Part shown: positions 58,762 through 64,000 of the stretch, in pieces
Layout: every line of letters starts with the position of its first letter
Numbering within the stretch: position 1 is the first letter of the stretch
Origin: Planctomycetota bacterium
GTDB taxonomy: Bacteria > Planctomycetota > B15-G4
Assembly (NCBI GenBank): GCA_038212275.1
Contig: JBBQUR010000024.1
Span: 1 to 64,000 of the forward strand
Length of the DNA stretch: 64,000 nucleotides
Direction of reading: 5' to 3'
The notes under the pieces: generated by a model
What the model saw: the letters and a program-made list of their open reading frames with translations, nothing else
The model's database searches: none
Told to the model about the DNA's origin: nothing
Program-made: the position numbers and the translations under genes

Positions 58762-59119
58762 CGGACTGCCACCTGTTCCCGCCTGGAGACTCTGCCGCTC
58801 ATCTGCCGTCCAAGCGGATCCTTCACGGCACACGAGCGAGCTGGCCAGCTGCAGCGGCAAGTTGCGCGGTACGGGTCCACGGTTACCGAGCATCCAGAAC
58901 CCGATCGGACTCGGAACTCATTCCGCCCCACGAGATGCCGTCTTGGGGGTGCAGAAGGAGCAGCCTGTGGTCGCGCGCATGCTCAAGTCTTGGCCCCCCG
59001 CTCGGCCCCCTTCCGTGACCCGATTCCGTGTTTGCGCGTGGTGCGGGGTGGTGTCGCCTCGCGCATCCCGCGCGCTCTGCAACCCTCTCGCAAGTGCCTT
59101 GTTTTCCAGCGAAAACGAA

Positions 59120-59216
59120 TGGCGGGAGCGCATGGGAATCGAACCCACCCGGGGACTAATGCGGCCCCCAATCCGGATTTGAAGTCCGGTAGGTACACCA
59201 GCGCCTTGCCGCTCCC
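59120..59216 (-). tRNA. selC: tRNA-Sec (anticodon UCA)
   Basis: 97 nt: GGGAGCG acceptor, extended D stem with UGGU loop, CCGGA-CUUCAAA-UCCGG anticodon arm, long variable arm, GUGGG-UUCGAUU-CCCAU T arm, G73 and encoded CCA. Confidence 0.96.
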
Positions 59217-59361
59217 GGCGAGACCGACGGATGTTAGGCCCCGGTCGCGCGGCCCGCAATGCGTTCCCTCGAGGCGTGCCCGCGATGCCGGGGGGCACGT
59301 CGGCGGCGGATCGCGCGGGCCCCGGGGTTAGAATCGCGGCCCTCGCTCCCAGGACATCGCG

Positions 59362-60075
59362 ATGCCAGCTCCCGTCGACATGCAGTTCCTGAAGGCGCTC
59401 GGCGCGCATCGCAAGGGGGACAAGGCGCAGGCGCGCCTGCTGCTCGAGGCGCTTCTCGCCGAGCACCCCGACCACGCCGACAGCCTCGAGGTGCTGGCGA
59501 TGCTTGTCTCCGAGCAGGGCGAGCTGGACCGCGCCATCGAACTCTCGCTGCGCCTGCTGGAGCTGCGCCCCGAGTCCATCATGGGCCACGCGAACATCTC
59601 GCGCTTCTACATGCTCAAGGGCGACAAGCCGACCGCCGAGGACTGGCAGGCCAAGGCCCGCGTGCTGGGCTGGAAGGACGAGCTCAAGCGCAAGGGCGAG
59701 CAGGTGGGCGCGGGCCAGCCGACGATGGAGCGCGGCCCGGACCCGGAGACCGTCACGCGCCAGGAAGACGCCGTGGCCGGCGACCCCGACAACGTGCTGG
59801 CGCGCATCGCGCTCTCGGGCAGCTATCGCAAGCTGGGCATGCCGGCGCGCGCGCTCGGTCACCTCAAGCACGCGCTGAAACTCGACCCGTCGATGTCGGT
59901 GCTCTACCTCGACCTCGGCAAGGTGCTCGAGGAGGTCGGCGCGCCCGACGAGGCCGCCGCGACGTATGCGCGCGGCATCCCGCTCGCGGATCAGCGCGGC
60001 GACCTCATGCCGCGCAACCAGATGCAATCGCGCCTCGCAGCACTGCAGAAGAAGGCGAAGTCCGGCGGTGGTTGA
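59362..60075 (+). CDS. TPR protein
   Basis: TPR helices; 'H..ISRFYM.KG....AED' and 'Y.RGI.LA..RGDLMP..QMQ' segments. Confidence 0.8.
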   Translation: MPAPVDMQFLKALGAHRKGDKAQARLLLEALLAEHPDHADSLEVLAMLVSEQGELDRAIELSLRLLELRPESIMGHANISRFYMLKGDKPTAEDWQAKARVLGWKDELKRKGEQVGAGQPTMERGPDPETVTRQEDAVAGDPDNVLARIALSGSYRKLGMPARALGHLKHALKLDPSMSVLYLDLGKVLEEVGAPDEAAATYARGIPLADQRGDLMPRNQMQSRLAALQKKAKSGGG

Positions 60076-60970
60076 GGGCGCGCTGCACGCCGAGGGCGCC
60101 GTGCTCATCAAGGGCGCACCGCTCGCCACGGCGATCCGCGAACAGGTGCGTGCGGCGCTCGCAGCCCGCGGCGTCACGCCGTGCCTCGTCAACATCGTGG
60201 TCGGCACGCAGCCCGCCAGCCGCAGCTATCTCGATGCGATCGACGCGGCCGCGGGAAAACTGGGCATCTCGACCCGGCGCGTGGAGCTGCCGGCCGACGC
60301 CGACGAAGCCGCCGTCATCGCCGCCGTCGCGCAGCAGGGACGCGACGCGATGGTGCACGGCCTCATGGTGCAGACGCCGCTTCCGTCGGGCATGAGCCTG
60401 GCGCGTGTCGCGGCCGCCATCCCGGCGCACAAGGACGTGGACGGCCTCACGCTGGCCAGCCTCGGCGCCGTGCTCGCCGGCGAGCGCCGGCACACCGCAC
60501 CCTGCACGGCCGCCGCCGTGGCGGAACTGCTCGCCTCCGACGCCCGCCTCTCGCCCGAGGGTCGCGACGTGGTCATCGTCGGGCGCAGCCTCGTCGTCGG
60601 ACGACCGCTGGCCGCGATGCTCGCGGCACCGCTGCCGGGCGCCCAGGCCACCGTCACGCTGTGCCACACGAGGACGGCGGACCTCGCCGCGCACACGCGC
60701 CGGGCCGCCATCATCGTCGTGGCCGCGGGCGTGGCCGGCATGCTGAAGGCCGCGCACGTGCGGCCCGGCGCCCTCGTGGTGGACGTCGGCACGCACCCCG
60801 TCGAGCGCGACGGCCGGCACACGCTGGTGGGCGATGCCGACGCCTCCGTGGCCGGCGTGGCCGGATTCCTCACCCCGGTCCCGGGCGGCGTGGGACCGGT
60901 GACCTCGGCCATCCTCATGCGCCACGTGACCGCGGCCGCCCTGCCCGGCTATCTGCCCGCTGCATGGTGA
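60068..60970 (+). CDS. folD: Methylenetetrahydrofolate dehydrogenase (FolD family)
   Basis: 'VQTPLP', 'KDVDG', 'PCTA', 'GRSLVVGRP', 'TVTLCH', 'VDVG', 'TPVPGGVGP'. Confidence 0.92.
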   Translation: MVEGALHAEGAVLIKGAPLATAIREQVRAALAARGVTPCLVNIVVGTQPASRSYLDAIDAAAGKLGISTRRVELPADADEAAVIAAVAQQGRDAMVHGLMVQTPLPSGMSLARVAAAIPAHKDVDGLTLASLGAVLAGERRHTAPCTAAAVAELLASDARLSPEGRDVVIVGRSLVVGRPLAAMLAAPLPGAQATVTLCHTRTADLAAHTRRAAIIVVAAGVAGMLKAAHVRPGALVVDVGTHPVERDGRHTLVGDADASVAGVAGFLTPVPGGVGPVTSAILMRHVTAAALPGYLPAAW

Positions 60971-61146
60971 CCACCCACCCCCGCCGGCCAGGCCGCGTCC
61001 CGACCGTCGGGGCGACGGGCGCGGTGACACGCGCTCCAGCGGTTGGCAACGGGTGCTTCGCGCCTGGCCTGGCCGCGCCGCGATGCATCGCGTGGTGGCC
61101 CGTCGCACCGAAGTCCGCGTCGCTCGTCGCGCCGAAGTCCGCGTCG

Positions 61147-62610
61147 ATGGCCGCGTCGATGGCCGCGCCGCTCGCCGCGCTGTGCCTGGCCCTGCTCTGC
61201 CTGGCCACGCCAGCGTCGGCGCAGGAGACGGTGCAGCAGGCGGTGCATCGTGTGGAGCAAGGCTGGCGTGACGGCATCACGCCCGAACGCATGCACGCGC
61301 TGGAGCAACTGGCGCGCTTCGACGCGCCGGCTTCCATCGATGCGATCACCGACCTCTTCGACCGCGGCGAGATCGCCCTCTACCCGACGGCGCGGCGCAT
61401 TCTCGGAGGCATGAGTCGCCCGGACTCCATCAAGCGCCTGCTGAAGCGCGGGCTCGGGCATCGCAATCCGGTCGTGCGCACGCAGGTGCTGCTGGCACTC
61501 GGCGAGGGCCGGCCCGCGGACGTCGACTGGGTCGCCCTCGCGCAGCAGGCGCTCGACGACAACCAGGCGATGGTGCGCGCCGCGGCCGTCGGCCTGCTCG
61601 GCCGAGCGCGCGCGGCCGGCGCCGTGGACCGCATCGTGGCGCTGGCCAGTGACGAGAACGAGCGCGTGCGCTGCGAGGTGCCGGGCGCTCTCGCGCGCCT
61701 CGCCGGAGGCCGCGCGCTGCCCGTCCTGAAGTCCCTCGTGAAGGACCCGCGCTGGCGCGTGCGCCTCGCGGCCGGCCGCGCGCTGGCGGACCTGCGCACG
61801 CAGGAGGCCGCTCTGGCGCTCGTGGACGCGCTGGAGATCGAGGTCGGCCGTCTGCGCGAAGACGACGTGGCGCTGCTGCAACGACTCACCGGCCGCTCGC
61901 TCGGGCTCGATGCGAAGGCGTGGCGCGAACTGTTCGACGCCCCGCCGTCGGACCTGTTCGCGCAGGGCGATGCCGTGGCCCTCGCCAGCCTCGCACCGCC
62001 GCGCTACGTGACCGGCGAGCACCGCTACTACTCGATCAGCACGACCTCGCTGCGCTTCGTCATGCTCACCGACCTGTCGGGCAGCATGGAGACGCCGGTC
62101 AAGCTGCCCGGCAGCGAGTCCTCCGAGCCGCGCCTGACGATTACGCAGCGGGAGCTGGAACGCCTGCTGAACAGCCTCTCGCCGCGCGTGAACTTCGACC
62201 TGCTCACCTTCCGCGATGACGCGCAGGCCTGGCACAAGACGCTCGTCCCCGCCGACGACCGCAACCGCCGCAGCGCACTGACCGAAGTCGCCGGCTACGG
62301 CGCCGCCGGAGCGACGAACATCTACGCCGCGCTGACCGAGGTCTTCGACATGGCCGAGGCCGCGATGGACAGCACGGTCTCGCGACCCGAGGACCTCGAC
62401 ACGGTCTTCATGCTGTCGGACGGCGTCGCGACGGTCGGCACGGTGCGCGATGCGAAGCTGCTGCTGCAGTACGTCGCCGAACGCAACCGCACGCTGCAGT
62501 TGCGGATCCACTGCCTCTCGCTCACTGGCGAGCAGAGCAGCCGCGATTTCCTGCAGCAGCTCGCCACGCTGGCCGGCGGCAACTACGTCGAGCTGGTCGC
62601 GCGCGACTGA
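61147..62610 (+). CDS. Exported HEAT repeat + VWA domain protein
   Basis: Signal peptide ending 'ASA-Q', HEAT repeats, MIDAS 'DLSGSM', 'GATN', 'LSDG'; start could be as early as 60964. Confidence 0.85.
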   Translation: MAASMAAPLAALCLALLCLATPASAQETVQQAVHRVEQGWRDGITPERMHALEQLARFDAPASIDAITDLFDRGEIALYPTARRILGGMSRPDSIKRLLKRGLGHRNPVVRTQVLLALGEGRPADVDWVALAQQALDDNQAMVRAAAVGLLGRARAAGAVDRIVALASDENERVRCEVPGALARLAGGRALPVLKSLVKDPRWRVRLAAGRALADLRTQEAALALVDALEIEVGRLREDDVALLQRLTGRSLGLDAKAWRELFDAPPSDLFAQGDAVALASLAPPRYVTGEHRYYSISTTSLRFVMLTDLSGSMETPVKLPGSESSEPRLTITQRELERLLNSLSPRVNFDLLTFRDDAQAWHKTLVPADDRNRRSALTEVAGYGAAGATNIYAALTEVFDMAEAAMDSTVSRPEDLDTVFMLSDGVATVGTVRDAKLLLQYVAERNRTLQLRIHCLSLTGEQSSRDFLQQLATLAGGNYVELVARD

Positions 62611-62611
62611 G

Positions 62612-63667
62612 TCAGGCCAGCAGCCGCACGCGCGGCTGCCCCGACGGCGCCTCGATGCGCCCCACCGCGTGCACCGGCACGCCGCGCGCGCGGAACTGCT
62701 CCTCGAGCGCGGCCGCGCGGTCGGGCGCCACGGCGATGAGCAGGCCGCCGGAGGTCTCGCTGTCCGCGACGAGCAGCGCCAGTGCGGCAGGCACACCGCT
62801 CTCCACGACGAAGCGCTCGTGCAGGTAAGCCTTCGTGCGCGCCGCGCCGCCGGACAGCAGGCCGCGCTCCGCGAGGCGCAGGGCGCCCGAAAGCAGCGGC
62901 AACGCGGCCGCCCGCAGCACCACGTCGGCGCCGGAAGCAGCCGCCATTTCATGCGCGTGACCGGCCAGGCCATAACCCGTGACGTCCGTGGCCGCATGCA
63001 CGCCGGCCGCGAGCATCGCCTCCGACGCGGCGCGGTTGAGGCGTCCCATCGACTCGCACGCGGCGGTCAAGTCGGCGGCCTCCGCCTTGTCCTTGCGCGC
63101 GGCCGTCGTGATGCAGCCGGTGCCCAGCGGCTTGGTGAGGTACACGACGTCGCCCGGCTGAGCCCCGCCGTTGATCACCTGGCTGCCCGGCCGCACGGTG
63201 CCCGTGACCGCGACGCCGAACTTGATGCCCTCGTCCACGACGCTGTGACCGCCGAGCAGCAGCACGCCGGCCTCGTTCAGCGCGTCCTGTCCGCCCTTGA
63301 GGATGGTCGACATCACGTCGAGCGGCAGCTTGTCCGTCGGAAACGCGATGATGTTGAGCGCCGAGAAGGGGACGGCGCCCATCGCGTACACGTCCGACAG
63401 CGCATTGGCTGCGGCGATGCGCCCGAACCACCACGGGTCGTCGACGACGGGCGGAAAGAAGTCCACCGTCTGCACGAGCGCGATCTCGGGCGTGAGCCTG
63501 GCCACGCCGGCATCATCGAAATGAGCCGTGCCCACGAGCAGGCGCGGATCGCTCTGCTTCGGCAATGCTGAGAGGACCTGCACGAGGTCCTGGGCCGACA
63601 CCTTGGCGGCTCAGCCGGCGCAGTTGCTGTAGCGTGTCAGGCGCAGTGCTCTTCCGGACAGGATCAT
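62612..63667 (-). CDS. selD: Selenide, water dikinase; selenoprotein with in-frame UGA at codon 19
   Basis: Reads MILSGRALRLTRYSNCAG-UGA-AAKVSAQDL, then 'DDAGV', 'QTVDFF', 'AANALSDVYAMG', 'TDVTGYGL.GH', 'TSGGLL'; GGAGG RBS; ATG overlaps the selA stop. Confidence 0.95.
63573..63591 (-). promoter_or_regulatory. Bacterial SECIS hairpin of selD
   Basis: AGGACCU-CGUGC-AGGUCCU starting 20 nt after the UGA (63613-63611), with G as second loop base. Confidence 0.75.
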
Positions 63668-63999
63668 GGCGTGCTCCCTCCCCTGAGCGGTGTCTGGCTG
63701 GGCGGCGCGAGCGGCGAACTCGGTCGCGACGCGGGTGAGGTCTCAGTCGCGAGCGCAGTCGGCGGCGCCGGCGCCGGTGTCGCCGACGCGGGCGCGGGTG
63801 CGGGCAGTCGGGCGAGCGCCTGCACGAGGCGCTCGTCGTCGCCGGGGAGCAGCGCCAGGACGTCGAGGCGCAGCACGCCGCGCGCCGCGGACGCCCAGAC
63901 CGCCGGACGTCCGCCACGCAGTTGCGCGGCGACGGACTCGGCGGAAAGGCCGGGCCACGTCAGCTCGACGACAGCCGACGGCAGCGGTCGCGCGGGCAG
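63664..63999 (-). CDS. selA: L-seryl-tRNA(Sec) selenium transferase, 3' end only (runs off the window)
   Basis: 'LPARPLPSAVVEL..SAESVAAQLRGGRPAV...GVLRLDVLAL..DDERLVQAL' matches the SelA C-terminal domain; coupled to selD. Confidence 0.75.
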   Translation of the reverse strand: MPARPLPSAVVELTWPGLSAESVAAQLRGGRPAVWASAARGVLRLDVLALLPGDDERLVQALARLPAPAPASATPAPAPPTALATETSPASRPSSPLAPPSQTPLRGGSTP

Positions 64000-64000
64000 T

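Noticed and set aside
63601..63667. selD as a pseudogene with a premature stop
   Set aside because: The TGA is at the catalytic Cys/Sec position, with a SECIS hairpin, selA and tRNA-Sec nearby.

Overview
High-GC bacterial chromosome segment, most likely Planctomycetota (inferred from a Minf_1886-type gene, a TPR-alphaCTD fusion, paired CRTAC1/FG-GAP proteins and many TPR/HEAT proteins). It is mostly housekeeping: holB, tmk, dapL-like, moaE/moaD, ssb, prmC, prfA, rpmE, maf, rpsP, ffh, murA, ruvA, mnmG, ribD, miaB, HU, mnmA, yajC, yraN, pepP, folD. Other blocks are a TPR/FG-GAP envelope cluster (31.3-38.4 kb), a glycosylation-type cluster (44.3-57.2 kb) and a selenium locus at the right end (tRNA-Sec, selD with an in-frame UGA and SECIS, 3' part of selA). 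The most unusual signals: (1) a ~128-nt unit at 48043-48170 with nine GGA motifs, a sigma54-like promoter and an intrinsic terminator, resembling a CsrA/RsmA-sequestering sRNA or a terminated leader; (2) an orphan lipoprotein gene bracketed by two ~99-bp self-palindromic inverted repeats with a compensatory base change; (3) a full-length DnaA paralogue lacking the arginine finger, sensor II and the DnaA-box signature; (4) a TPR protein with two RNAP alpha-CTD domains behind a perfect 23-bp palindrome; (5) a FolD lacking the cyclohydrolase lysine. All calls come from motif recognition by eye; no searches were run, and several start codons are estimates.
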